Of a stretch of 64,000 nucleotides of DNA, positions 51,540 through 64,000 are shown piece by piece (position 1 is the first letter of the stretch; each line of letters opens with the position of its first letter). Origin of the DNA: Octopus vulgaris (Eukaryota). Both the position numbers and the translations under genes were made by a program. The notes below the pieces were generated by a model. That model saw only the letters and a program-made list of their open reading frames with translations, was not told where the DNA came from and did no database searches. The DNA lies in assembly GCA_951406725.2 (NCBI GenBank), contig OX597814.1, positions 83,514,001-83,578,000 on the forward strand, read 5' to 3'.

Positions 51540-53229
51540 TTTGTATACATATACATGTACACATATTCAATCAGCAGAAGTTACAAAATGATATAAATAT
51601 ATATATATATATTTAGGTAGAACTTATTTAGCAATATATGTGTATATGTTCAGATGAATAATTTCAAAATAGCTGTGAGGTTAAGCTGCATGACTGATGT
51701 TGGTGGTAGTAGTAGTAGTAGTAGTAGTCAACATTTCTGTTAATATTATCATTGCCTTAGTTTTAATATTTGTAAACCATTTACTCCAGGTTTAACTTAT
51801 TATAGGTCCAAACAAACATAATTTCAGAAAATTAGTACCATAGTCAAATATGCTCAGACAGGGTTGTTTTTATCAGGCTTTCATACTTAGGCACAATCAG
51901 CAAGTTACATATTCAAAATGCAGTCAATAGAAGCTATTCATGCTGTTCTGATCTGTGTTAAAATTGGAAACCAGTGGCAACGATGACAAAAGTGATGATG
52001 ATGATGATGATGATGATGGCATTGGTTCTAGCTGTGGTGGTGATGTTGGTGGTGATTATACTGAAGGCTGCATGAATGATGACTGGACAATCAGTATAGG
52101 GTTATTTAAATGTTCAGCTGGGCCTGAGGTTGTTGGGACATTATGAAACATTTTTGTGACATTTTTGGATTTTTTCTTTTAATGGAAAAATTAAAAGTTC
52201 TTGTTGATCAACAAGTATGAAATAAAATATTTATAGAAAAATTTCTCATTTGTCTCATTCTTTTTTTATTTTTATTTATTTTTTATTTTATTTTTTATCA
52301 TTTTTTTTTTTTCATATATCTCCTTAGTTGAGTCTCACAGTGGGTCAGAAGATGTCAGGCTACAAAATGTTTGTTTACCTGCTAGAAGCTAAACAAGAAG
52401 ATTCACTTCAATCAGTTTAAACATGTAACTTTCTCAACATTCACTTTCACATCATATACTCTTCTGTAACTGAATATATCCTTTATCACCTACTTTCTTT
52501 TCTGTAATTAACTATCTCACTACTTTTAAACTTTAATCCCAGAATTATACCTTCTTGTCATTTTTACTCACATCATTAACTAGATGTTTGTTTCTTCTCA
52601 ATTTCTCTTGCAGTTTTTTGGATTGGTTTTGTTTCTTTTTTCATACTGTGACAGACCACATCAATAATCCATATCTAATTTTGGTTCATAAAAGATGCAG
52701 ACATGGCTATCTAGTTAAGAAGCTTGTTTTCCAACCTCTTAGTTCTGGGTTCAGCTCCACTGCATAGCACCTTGGGTGCGTTTCTTCAACTATAATCCCA
52801 GGTCAATCAAAGCTTTGAAAGTGGATTTGGTTGATAAACACTGAAAGAAGTCTTTTGTGTGTATATTTATATACGGGTGTATATGTGTGTGTGTGTGTGA
52901 GAGTTAGTGTCTCCTTTTTTATTTTGACATTACAGGATTGTTGTAAGCAAGTGTTACCAGTATACAAATGGTATCCTTCATTTTTAATCTTCAGTGAAAA
53001 CATGTCAGCCCATGGAGACAAATTACCTTACTAAGAAACACTTGAAAGGTGGTGACAAGAAGGGCAACCATAGAAAATCTGCCACAACAAATTCTGTCTG
53101 ACCCATGCAAGCATGGAAAAGTAGGTACTAATAAAATGATGATTCAATAAAATTATATTTCACCTTCTTGCAGTGGTGAAGCTTGATTTACACACATGAT
53201 ATTTTTCCCACCAACATAAAAACAAGCTA

Positions 53230-53830
53230 ATGTTAGATGATAATAACAGTGGTAATTTCCTGGGACAGTCATACATCATGATCTACCAAAGGCTATCTTT
53301 GCCAACAGTATCAAAGGCCTTGGACAGATTGACATATGTAGAGCTCAAGCCAGTATTCTATTCTTGTCAGTTCCCTAAATGCTGTCTAGTAGCAAACACC
53401 ATGTTGACAGCTTCACTTTCTTTCTGCAGGCTACACTGGCTTCATAGCAAGAGGCCTTGCTCAAGGTGTATGATGAGGTGATTGAGTAGAATTCTAGCTA
53501 GAGGATTGCATGCAACAAACAGCAGGTATATTCCAAGTGGTTGTTGCAGACCTGACAATTTCCTCTGTGCTTGTAAAAGTGTATTATAGAAGCATCCTTG
53601 AAGTCTGAAGTCCTGAGAAACTATCTTATGCTGCCATATGAGCTGGAATAGCTGTTGTAGTTTCTCTGGTAAAGCCATGCTGCTTTCTTTGTAAACTTCA
53701 GCTATGATGGAATCTGAGCCAGGTGCCTTGTGAATGGACAGCAGACAAACTGCTTTTTGTATCTTCTCCAAAGTTGGTATTATATCCTGCATTTCATCAA
53801 TTAGAACTTGAGGTAGCTGACCCATGTTTT
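53230..53830 (-). mobile_element. LINE (RTE/BovB-like) RT N-terminal fragment
   Basis: PTLEKIQKAV..LS.HKAPGSDSIIAEVYK...GIYLL...LARILLNHL. Confidence 0.8.
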
Positions 53831-54136
53831 TCTTTTTTTGTGAGATATTAGGGATATATTTTCTGGGTAAACTTACCTCATGGTGAACTTTCCTCATGGT
53901 GAACTTTCTTCACAATGAATTGATGGCAGTAAACTTTCCCTGCGGTGACTTGATGGCAGTGAACTTACCTGTAATCAGCTGACCAATGGCTTTCTCAATG
54001 ATAACCACAAAAATGCTGCTATGGTCAGTAACAATGATGCAGTTTCGTTTTCCAATTATCAATTGTGATCCCATTATCTCATTTAGTTCTATACTAGCCT
54101 TTCAACTAATTCTTGCTTTGTCCAAACTACCTTTCG

Positions 54137-54323
54137 CCCTTTAGCATTTAAACCAGTTATTTCTGGTTCATTCTTCTTATTTTATATTCAGACAAACCAG
54201 ATCAGGCATCTCACACCTACCTTACAATGTCATTCTAAAAATATGCAATCACATTATTGAAATCTCAAAGCTATGAGATAATGCACAAAGAATTTAAAAC
54301 AGAGTAATCTGAATGCTAATGGG
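54137..54323. mobile_element. piggyBac-like MITE (reverse orientation)
   Basis: ccctttagcattt...gaatgctaatggg|ttaa. Confidence 0.65.
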
Positions 54324-55103
54324 TTAAAACATCCAATACATTGTCATGCTTTTAACATAATCAAAATTCCCAGAATGTATTTGCTTGCTAGTAGTTGAGC
54401 TGTTTCTCTGTTATTTTTATATATCCTGCACAAGTCTGATGTCATTTCTACTTTTCTCTATTTATTCCATACTCTTCTGTAATATATTTTTATCTAAGTT
54501 GTTAAAAACTTGACTGTAGAATTATAATTCTACCAAATTTCTCTTTATGAGCCATTCATTCTGGTTTCATCATCACAGTCTTCACCTTTCTTTTCAATGC
54601 TGAACATTGTATCTTCTGATTTGCTTTTAACAGAACAGTATTCTTTTCTGCTATATCTCTCCCCCATGCAGTACTTACCCATTTGCACTTTTTCGACACT
54701 TGGAAACGTACCACTCTAACATTTGTTTCATTTCATAGTCATGACATCATTGCCTCCCTTTGTTCTTGTTGAGAATAATCACTCACCACTTCTCAACTGA
54801 GTATAAAAGATTATCTCTTGGAATTCTCTTAATGGTTCCATTTATCTTCTCTTAATCTATTTTGATTACTTAAACCATACTTATCACAGTTCTGTTAATT
54901 GAAACTAATTAACAATTTATGGATTTCACAAGACATTTGTTGAATAGTTCCAATTAAACCTGAGTATTTATTCAGATCTCAAACTAATGTGACAACTGAG
55001 TGGAAATGGTAGTTTATAGAAAAGGTTGTGTGATAGAAGCAATAGTGGTAAGAACAGCTCTTTTCTTTGATGCCAAAAGCCAAATCTGTATAGTGTGAGT
55101 TAA

Positions 55104-55323
55104 CCCTTTAGTATTCAGATTACACTGTCAAATGTAATACTTATTTAACCATATTGTTTTGAATTAATCATGAATTATTTTGTAGCTTCAAGTGTTTGAT
55201 GATATGATGGTTTATTTTTGTAATAACATTGTAGAGAAGGTGTGAGGGCACCAGATTTGGCCGTTTGAACATAAAGCAGGTAGAATATTTTGGATAGATA
55301 TAGCTGGTTTAAATGCTAAAGGG
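55104..55323. mobile_element. piggyBac-like MITE
   Basis: TTAA|ccctttagtatt...aatgctaaaggg|TTAA; related copies at 54137-54323 (opposite orientation) and 61126-61346. Confidence 0.8.
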
Positions 55324-57199
55324 TTAATGATTTCATTCTAAAATATTGCAACAACTCCAGTTATCTCAACATAAAACATTGTTTATTAAGTGTCATCCAA
55401 TCAATGGACACAATTCTATCATGTGCCGTTTTTCACTCCCACATCATCTATTATTTAAGTTTACATCGATTTGTCCAGTGGGACACTCTGTGGGCTCTAC
55501 AAGGTGATGTTAGATATACATGGACTCATTGTTGTGGCTTTACTCTTTTTTGACTTAGCACACTGACTGAGGTACATTTGGTTCATTTTACATCATGGAC
55601 AATTGAAGTTACATTTTGCCATTTTGCACTTCAGTTTGGAATCGTTGCAATGTTTTCTTCATTATTTGTCTTATGTTATAACAGATATGATTGTTGTTAT
55701 TGGTGTTTAGCACCAGATCAGCCCTAATTAAGCTGACCTAGAAAGGCTTCCAGACATTACCATCCAGCTTTTTTTACATGTAAAAATATATTGTCCTACT
55801 TGATTTTCCCGGGATGATAAGGTGTGATTAGGGGAAACTTGGTTGCTGTTTTTTGCAGGCTCAACAACCATGTACTTGGCTCATGCTAAGACATCAGAGT
55901 GTGAATGCTACACTGTGATCTATGACAGACCCAATAAAGCCCACAATATTTAACCAAAAGGATATGTATGAGACCTTCCAATATAGACTTTGAAGCTTAC
56001 AAAGAGTAGTATGAAAATTCCCTCAGGTGTAAGATATGGATGGTAAGGTGCTGTGAAAGGAACAGATTACCAGAACTGGATAGACTGCCCTGTAAATTTA
56101 AGAATATCAGTTAAAGAGGAGATCTATCTTACACATTACACTGTTGAAGAATTAAGGGCAGATTTGGCTTTGATTAATCTGAACCAGTTAAATCTGTTGA
56201 AATGAAATGCCAACCAGTATCTAGTGGCCTTCTTTAGGCCAGAAAATATTTCAGCACTGAACTACATTGGAGCACTGTTCACATTTCTAGAGTGGGGAGC
56301 TTTTCAGTAGAAGAAAAAGCAAAAATAAGGAAGCTTTTACCTCAAGATGAATTCAGAACAAAGTATCCAGTTTCACTTCACAAGGATCAGCAGAACTTGG
56401 TCATACCTACATGACATCACTTCTGCTTGCTTCCAGTCCTGACATCACTCTTCCTCCCTTGCTTTTGGTCACATTTCCCTTCACTCCTTCACACATTCAC
56501 AAATATTTTAAATCACACATCAGAAAAATTGTCATTTGGCTATCTGGAAAACTTTCACTAATAAACTATAATTAGCTCATCAATATCCTGTGCTTGTAAC
56601 AGTTTCTGCTCCAGAAAACTGTCAAAATCCACCTAATGAGCTTGGATTTTTTATTCCTCATATTACTGCTGTTTCTCTCTAAGGAACTGTACTTCTCCCT
56701 GCTTTTCCTCCATGGAATATTATCCCTTTCAAACTTCTTCTCAACACACACTTTCTGTGTAAATATTAACATATCAAAGTTCAAATTTAATGATTGCATT
56801 AATTCCACTGAAAAGGCTTATAAATACCATGGCTACTGCCCACACACATCCCATCATTTATCTACATACTAGAAAAATTTAAAAAAACATTAGATAATTG
56901 AAAGTTGTAAACAGGCTCTGCTAATAGTGCCAGCATGGAACATGGACTTTGAATATATTAATGTGTCTGTGTGTATTTATATATTCATAAATATAACAAA
57001 ACAATCATAATGTCTCAGCTTATTCATAAATAATTAGCAAAATAACTTATCTTCATCAAATCAATATGTCTTATCATCTCCACTATGGAAAATAGCCAAC
57101 CACTTGATCACTTGCCAATAAAGGGAACATGTGATCCAGTTAGATTAGAACAGTATAAATAGATGGTTATAAATACTAAGTTTTTCTCTGTGAAGGATA

Positions 57200-59270
57200 G
57201 AGTATAGACTAGTAAGTAGTGGCTTCTGAGTAAGAGTTAGATGGACCTAGATACACAAGATAATCTAGAGAAGGAAGGTGTGAAAACTGAAAGATCCCTC
57301 TGCAAAGCATAGATTCATAGAGTAGGATGTGATAGAGATTACAACACAGAGGACAACTGTGAATTCTACAAGAAAACCTGTTGTAAGTCATAGACAGGAT
57401 CTGTGGTAGAAGTAAGGTACCAGCCAGGTAGACGAGGATATGGTAGTGGAATGGTACAGTAGACAGAATCATAAAAACTAAGAAAAAGACTGATCCTCTG
57501 ATAGAGGATGTATAAGAAACATTATCAGGTGGCCAGGTATCAGGTGAACGTAGCACAGAGAGAAGATGTGCTACAATGAGGATCAGAGGAATGAGATGTT
57601 CCAGACTATGAAGCAGTGTGTCAGTTTGAATGCAAATATTGTTGGAAAAAATGTTTGAATGACAGTGGTGCATTTACACTCATCAGTATCAAGAATAAAG
57701 AGACTTGGAATGTTAATGCCAGACGTTGAATATGAAGAATGTTTGGTGGGAAAAAAGTCAATCCCAAACAGACCCAACAGAAGGACAGCTCTTGATATTG
57801 ACAGTGGCCTGGTCAAAAGTGCAATTAAGGATATAAAAAAGCAGGGAAAGCTGCTGGCCAATCAGGGATAGTTACTAAAACACTGAAAACATCTGTTGAA
57901 GTAGGGCTCAATTTAGTCACTCTTGTAATTAGCCAGGAAGTACAGATAAGGGCCATACACAATGATTGGCATAGCAGCAACATCTTGAACTATTACAAAG
58001 GCAAAGAAGGCAATGCTTTAGAACAAAACAACTATAGTGGCATCATATTAAAGGATGAAGTTATAAAAGTAGTAGAAAGAGTTGTGGCTCAACTCATTAA
58101 GAAGTAAGTTAGCTTAGATTTGCACCAGGTCTGGATATGGCACATACTCTCTTCTTAGTGAGGCAACTTCAAGAGATGGGCTTGACTAAGTATAAATCAT
58201 TGGTATTTGTTTATCTGTAGGAAGCTTTTAAAAAGGTTCTACACTCTATAACTTGAAGGTATTTAAGAAAACTAGGTATAAATATATGACTTGTGAGAGC
58301 TGTACAAGCAATATATTAGTAAAGTGAGAGTCAACATAAGTTAAGTGAGTAATTTTCTGTGAAGGTAGGTGTTTGTTAAGGCTCAATTATTAGCTTGCTT
58401 CTATTTATTGCAGTTCTCCAAGCCAAAAGAAATGAGTTTAAGACTGGTTATTTATAGAAATTCCTGCATGCCAATAACCTCACTCATATTTAAATCTGAG
58501 AGATTTTAGTGAATAAATTCCAGATTGGGAAGTAAAATCTAAGTCTTGATTAGCAGGAAAGAAAATAGGAAGCCACTGCCATAAAGAAATGGCTGTGAAG
58601 GGTAGTAGGTAGAAATTCCATACAATATGCCATCTCTAGACTACAGGTACACATAAGATGTAGTGAGATCACAAGTAGGCTGGCAAAAAGAAGACTTTGT
58701 ATGTGGCAGATACACAAAAATAGAAAACATGAAATAAATTCTTTCAAATACTCAGAAGGCTTCCTAGAAGTAGTAGAGATTTTGTTATCCAGGTGACATA
58801 ATTATTAGTGGAGAATAGTGTTCTCTGAAAGCATAGTAGCCAGAATATGAACAGAATGGAAAAAAGTTTAGATAATTAATAACTCTGTTGACATCAAAAG
58901 TATTCTGTCTTCAAAGGAAGGATAGATTATATGATGCTTGTGTATAAAGTGCTATGTTGCATAGTGGCAAAAACGTAAGCATTAAATGTGGAGGATGTGC
59001 AAAGGCTGGAATGAAATATAGTAAGTATGCTCCACTGGATGCATTGTATTAGTGCGCATGAATGACAAAGTGCAAATGAGCAGAGAGTAAAACTAAGTAT
59101 AAGAGGAATAAGATGCAGTAGACAAGATTATGCTTGTACAGACATATAATATATATGGGTGGGAATCATGAAAGCTAGTTTCAAGAGGATGAATCTCATA
59201 AAATTGATGACAAAGGAATAAAGAAATTGGCAATATTGTGTGTTTGAAAAGACCCATTCAACCTATACGT
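57200..59270 (+). mobile_element. Older, more decayed copy of a related RTE-like LINE
   Basis: Colinear similarity to 60040-60880 (e.g. gtgaggcaacttcaagag, gagagctgtacaag, gagtttaagactgg); many stops. Confidence 0.75.
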
Positions 59271-60039
59271 AAATAAAAACGATATAAAAATAATGATGAG
59301 ATGACAATATAACCATCAGGACTTCATTGTATACAATATTTCACTAGAATGTTCACAGACTAAATTGAAAAATAATTATAGTCATGAATATTCAAATATG
59401 CATATGTTGTGCCTAAATATAATTGTGTTTCTTAACACAAATGTATATAATAAGTAAATTTGAATTTCTGTTTATCTCCAGCTGAGAATGTTTAGGGTTA
59501 TATCCATACAAATATAACAAACATCAGTTGGAGATTAATATGCAGAGTTCTAATTCACTCAATTTTTTTAAACTCTTGACAACATGATCATAAGCTATCA
59601 GCTTTCATAATTCAGTTTAAACTAATTGAATTAAACATACATAATGATTGCATTCATACAAACAAAACTGGTGGTGTCTGTATGAGTGCAAAAGTGAGGT
59701 ATGCCAGCTTTGGAAGGCAGCCAGAAAGACAACTCCAGGAATAAACCTTTTCTACCCATGAGTGCATGTGAAAAAGCAAAAGAAGTCAATCTCATCAACA
59801 AATCAGATAGAAAGATTACTCAGAACCCTCTGATCCTATTTATCCTGAAGAGAAGAGGAAGACACAATCAATGGAAAAATAGTGGTTGTATCAGAGGCTC
59901 CTGACACCTCAAACATAAGGATATGAACATTCAAATGAAGGAATCCAAAAAGACAATTGTGTCCCATTATAATGTGTATATATATATATATCCATTTAGA
60001 GGCTTATAATATCTGGCAGTGTGGGTTATAGTCTGGTCA

Positions 60040-60880
60040 CCCATATTGTAAATCAGGTGATTCATGAAGGAGCTATACCCAATGAATGGTGAGGCAGCAC
60101 CATAGTCAACTGCTACAAAGGTAAAGATGATGCCTTAGACAGAAATAATTTCAGAGGTATCAAATTGCTGGATCAGGGGATGAAAGTTACAGAGAGAGTC
60201 ACAGCCCAACTTAGGGAGAGAGTTAGCTTAGATGAGATGCAGTTTGGTTTTGTGCCAAGGAGAAGCACCACTGATGCTATATTTCTGGTGAGGCAGCTGC
60301 AGGAGAAATACATAGCCAAAGATAAAATTCTGTACTTGGCCTCTGTTGACTTAGAGAAAGCCTTTGACAGCCCCTACCCACCCTGCAATCCCTTATTTGG
60401 TGGTCAATGAGGAAACTAGGGATAGATGAGTGGGTTTGAGAGCTGTACAAGATAGGTACGGGAATACTACCAGAAAGGTGAGGGTTGGCAATGAGTACAG
60501 TGAAGAATTCAGGGTACAAGTAGAGATTCACCAAGGATTGGTCCTCAGCCCCCTATTGTTCATTATAGTCCTCCAAGCAATCACAGAGGAATTCAAGACC
60601 GGCTGCCCCTGGGAGTTCCTCTACGTTGATGACCTTGCTCTTATAGCTGAATTATTACCTGAACTAGAGAAGAAGTTCCATCTATGAAAGCAAGGTCTAG
60701 AATCAAAGGACCTTAGAGTAAACCTAGCAAAAACCAAAATCTTAGTAAGTAGGAAGGCAGACAAATCACAAATCCCTTCAAGTAGATGGCCCTGCTCAAT
60801 CTGTAGAAAAGGTGAAAAGGTGTAGGTAGAAACTCCATAAGATTCACCCAGTGTAAGCTTTGCACACATAAAAGGTGCAG
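60040..60880 (+). mobile_element. LINE (RTE-like) reverse transcriptase fragment
   Basis: RGIKLLD, QFGFVPRRSTTDAIF, DLEKAFD, QG.VLSPLLF, LYVDDL across frameshifted ORFs 60165-60410 and 60430-60687. Confidence 0.92.
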
Positions 60881-60929
60881 CATAGACAACAGATGTTAAA
60901 TGATGAAGATGATAATAATAATGATATAC

Positions 60930-60960
<31 letters not shown>

Positions 60961-61055
60961 TGTATGTATGTATGTATGTATGTATGTATGTATGTATGTA
61001 TGTATGTATGTATGTATGTATGTATGTATGTATGTGTGTGTGTATGTATGTGTGT
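60930..61055. repeat. (TATG)n microsatellite
   Basis: Direct observation; (TACA)n also at 9047-9152. Confidence 0.95.
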
Positions 61056-61125
61056 ACCATGAAGTGTTTTGTGTCTTAATTCAGTCTAAATATTATATAC
61101 ACAGAATGCTACAAAGTTACTTTAA

Positions 61126-61346
61126 CCCTTTAGCATTCAGATTCTTCTGTCAAATGTATTGCTTATTTAGTCGCATTATTTTGATTTACTCATGCATTAT
61201 CTTTTTGTGTTGAGATTCAATGATGTGCTTGTATATTTTTAGTATGGCAACATAGGGTGGATGTGAGAGGCTGAAAATGGCCTGAAAATGGCCATAGAAC
61301 AGGTATAATATTTAGGCCGGATATGACTGGTTTAAATGCTAAAGAG
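61126..61346. mobile_element. piggyBac-like MITE
   Basis: TTAA|ccctttagcatt...aatgctaaagag|TTAA. Confidence 0.8.
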
Positions 61347-61932
61347 TTAAAACTAAGATAACATTTTTAATAAAAAAAAAAAATTAAAGGTGAAAGTGAG
61401 CTTCCAATTCTACACACCAATCATCAAATTTAAGTGAAGTTAAATCTGAGATTATTGATTATTGGCAACAACACCCTAATCTTAAGAAAGTCTTAACAAA
61501 AGTCATTTACACCAAAAGAAAGTAAGAATGCAACCCAATATATGAAACTTGTTGCAGAAAGTGACTTTATTGAACAGGATGAAATTATAAATTCAACAAT
61601 GGAAAAGTTCAAAGCTAATGCAAATATGAATTGCAAATCAAAAAATCTAACTTTATTACATGATTGCAATGCAAGGAAAGGGAACTAAATCAGTCAAACA
61701 GGAACAAAGTGAATAAGCTTAGAGTACACATGTAGCAAATCATGGATCCATAAGAATGCTCACTGTATTTTTGTATGTACAAATGCAAAATCTAAAATAT
61801 TCCCCTTTATCAAAATATTTTATAAAGATTTTTCATCTGAAATTGAACTGGAAAGAATTAGTGATAATTACTACAAAATATAGATGGTTACTGTTTGAAA
61901 AGCTGACACAACAGCTAACAGTTTTCATTATA

Positions 61933-63193
61933 TTGGGTTGTCTGCAAAGTTCATGCCAATTTTTAAAGGAAAGAAAAAGGTCAATAAATACTTGCCATTA
62001 CATTTTTAATCAACCAAATATGAACCATTTTGTTGCACAATGCATCTCCATCTTTCCTTTAACTTGAAAATACCCTCTTCCCAGAATTGAGGTGGTTTCA
62101 TGGCAAACAATCCATCAAGGTATCTTTTTACATCATTCAAGGAATTGAAATTTTTACCATTAACACTATTCTACAGAGACCTGAATAAGTGGAAATCTGA
62201 AGGAGCAATATCTGGTGAATATGGAGGATGGGGTAACATATCCCAGCCGAGCTGCAACAATTTTTGCCTAGTTCCCAAAGAAACGTGCAGTCTTGCATTA
62301 TCATGTTGGAAAACAAGACCCTTCCTGTTGGCCAATTCTGGTCATTTCTCTTGAATTGCTGCGTTTAACTCGTCCAGTTGTGTGCAGTATTTCTTAAAAT
62401 TAATTGTCTGGTTACTTGGGAGAAGCTCATAGTACAGAATTCTTTTCCAATCCCACCAGACACAAAGTAAGACTTTTTTAGGGTGAAGACCCGCTTTTGG
62501 GGTGGCTCATGTCGCTTACTTCAGGATTGCTTCCTCTGAACATTTTGGTAGATAATCCATTTCTCATCACCTGTCACAATTTGCTTTAAAAAAGCACGTT
62601 TTCATTCCGTTTATAAAGTGAATCACAGATGGAAATGCGAGCCAAAAGATTCTTCTCACTCAACTCATGTGGTACCCAAACATCATAGTGATTTGTGTAC
62701 CCAAGCTTTACCAGGTGCTCATGAATGATGGATTTTGATAGGTTGAGGGTTTTTGCCAATTATCGGGTTGTGCAATGTGGGTTATTCTCAATTAATGACT
62801 TGATTTGGTCATCATCTGCAGTGGATAGTCTGTCTGATTGCTCTTTATCAATAAGGCTACAATCTCCAGCTCAGAACCTTATGAACCACTTCCATACAGT
62901 TCTTTCGGATAAAGAAACATCACCATAAACTGTGTATATTTCTTTGGTTGCTTGTGAGGCATTTTTCCCTTTACGGAAAAAGAAAAGCATCAAGTGCTGA
63001 AAATGAACTTTCTTATCTTCCATCTTAAAGGGTTACAGGTTATAGGAACATAAACCTTCTTCCACAAAAATATAGCTTAAACTATGCTCTAAATGGAGGT
63101 GTAGTCAAATCCTATTTTATGGTTCAACCATGTTCTAAAATAAGTCGAAAGGTAAGATATTATAAATTGGCACAAACTTTCCGGACAACTTAA
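61933..63193 (-). mobile_element. Full-length degenerate mariner (DD34D) transposon
   Basis: ~30-bp TIRs (ttgggttgtctgcaaagttcatgccaattt vs reverse complement of aaattggcacaaactttccggacaacttaa), TA on both sides, 1261 bp; transposase pseudogene ~63023-62006 with MEDKKVHFQHLMLFFF, WVPHEL, YSPDIAPSDFHLF and internal stops. Confidence 0.93.
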
Positions 63194-63369
63194 TATCATT
63201 CATCAGAGTGGAGCCAATCTGTTTTACTAATTTCCTTTAAATTTTTTTAAATTGTAAAATTTTCTAATGATTTGGGTTTTTCAAATATTGGGACTACTTC
63301 AATAACTTACTTTTATTTTAAATCTCTGTGTGGCTGTGTGTGTGTGTATGTAAATAGGATCTTCAAGAA

Positions 63370-63551
63370 CACAACAAGAAGCTTGTTTCCCAACCACATG
63401 GTTCTGGGTTCAGTCCCACTGTGTGGCACCTTAGGTAAGTGTCTTAGCCTTAGATTACCAAACCTGTGAGTGGATTTTGTAGACAGAAACTGAAAGAATC
63501 CCATCGTATATGTATATATATATATCATATACATATCTGTGTGTGTGTGTG

Positions 63552-63600
<49 letters not shown>

Positions 63601-63790
63601 TGTCTGTGTTTGCCCCCCATCACTGCTTGACAACCAGTGTTGGGTGTGTCATATCCCCCTAAACTAGCAGTTTGGCAAAAGAGACCAATAGAATAAGTAC
63701 CGGACTTAACAAACAAGGAAGAAAAAAAAATAAGTGCTAGGGTTGATTCATTCACCGAAAAATTCTTCAAGCCAGTAAAAGATAAAAGAT
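63370..63790 (+). mobile_element. tRNA-derived SINE (family A), 5'-truncated
   Basis: Same consensus with a (TG)n core. Confidence 0.8.
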
Positions 63791-64000
63791 TTTTAAATGA
63801 AGAATAATTCACTGAAAATGCTCAACAGATAATTATAAATAGTAAGGAATTACTCTGGGCAATAACATTAATCTAAAATGTACACATATATTTATGACTG
63901 CTGATGATGGTATGTTCTCTGAAAATTAGTCATGGTTCTGCATATGAATTCATCTGCAGCAAGCTTTGCTTATGAAGAGTTATTACAACTCTGGACATCA

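Noticed and set aside
51955-52146. Acidic ORF with poly-Asp
   Set aside because: Driven by a (GAT)n microsatellite, has a non-ATG start, and lacks supporting splice context on the + strand.

Overview
AT-rich, microsatellite- and SINE-dense eukaryotic DNA. The repeat landscape resembles octopod cephalopod genomes; this is inferred, not confirmed. The main gene is the 3' part of a cyclic nucleotide-gated channel beta subunit (CNGB/TAX-2 type) on the + strand: 12 GT-AG exons between 9864 and 31411 join in phase to give 652 aa plus stop, running from just after S4 through the pore, S6, C-linker, CNBD and a ~340-aa C-tail. Its 5' exons were not found in this window. Downstream, a chain of splice-signal-bounded islands on the - strand (39.7-45.1 kb, possibly 56.4-56.8 kb) suggests a convergent orphan gene or lncRNA. 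The rest is mobile DNA: mariner/Tc1 relics, hAT, piggyBac and Tc1 MITEs, RTE-like and RLE-type LINE fragments, SINEs and Penelope-like remnants. The most unusual signal is a set of seven type I hammerhead ribozyme motifs. One is apparently intact with an expanded stem II (34640-34725) and lies in sense downstream of the CNGB stop. Two more lie back-to-back in a 192-bp-arm foldback (33103-33605).
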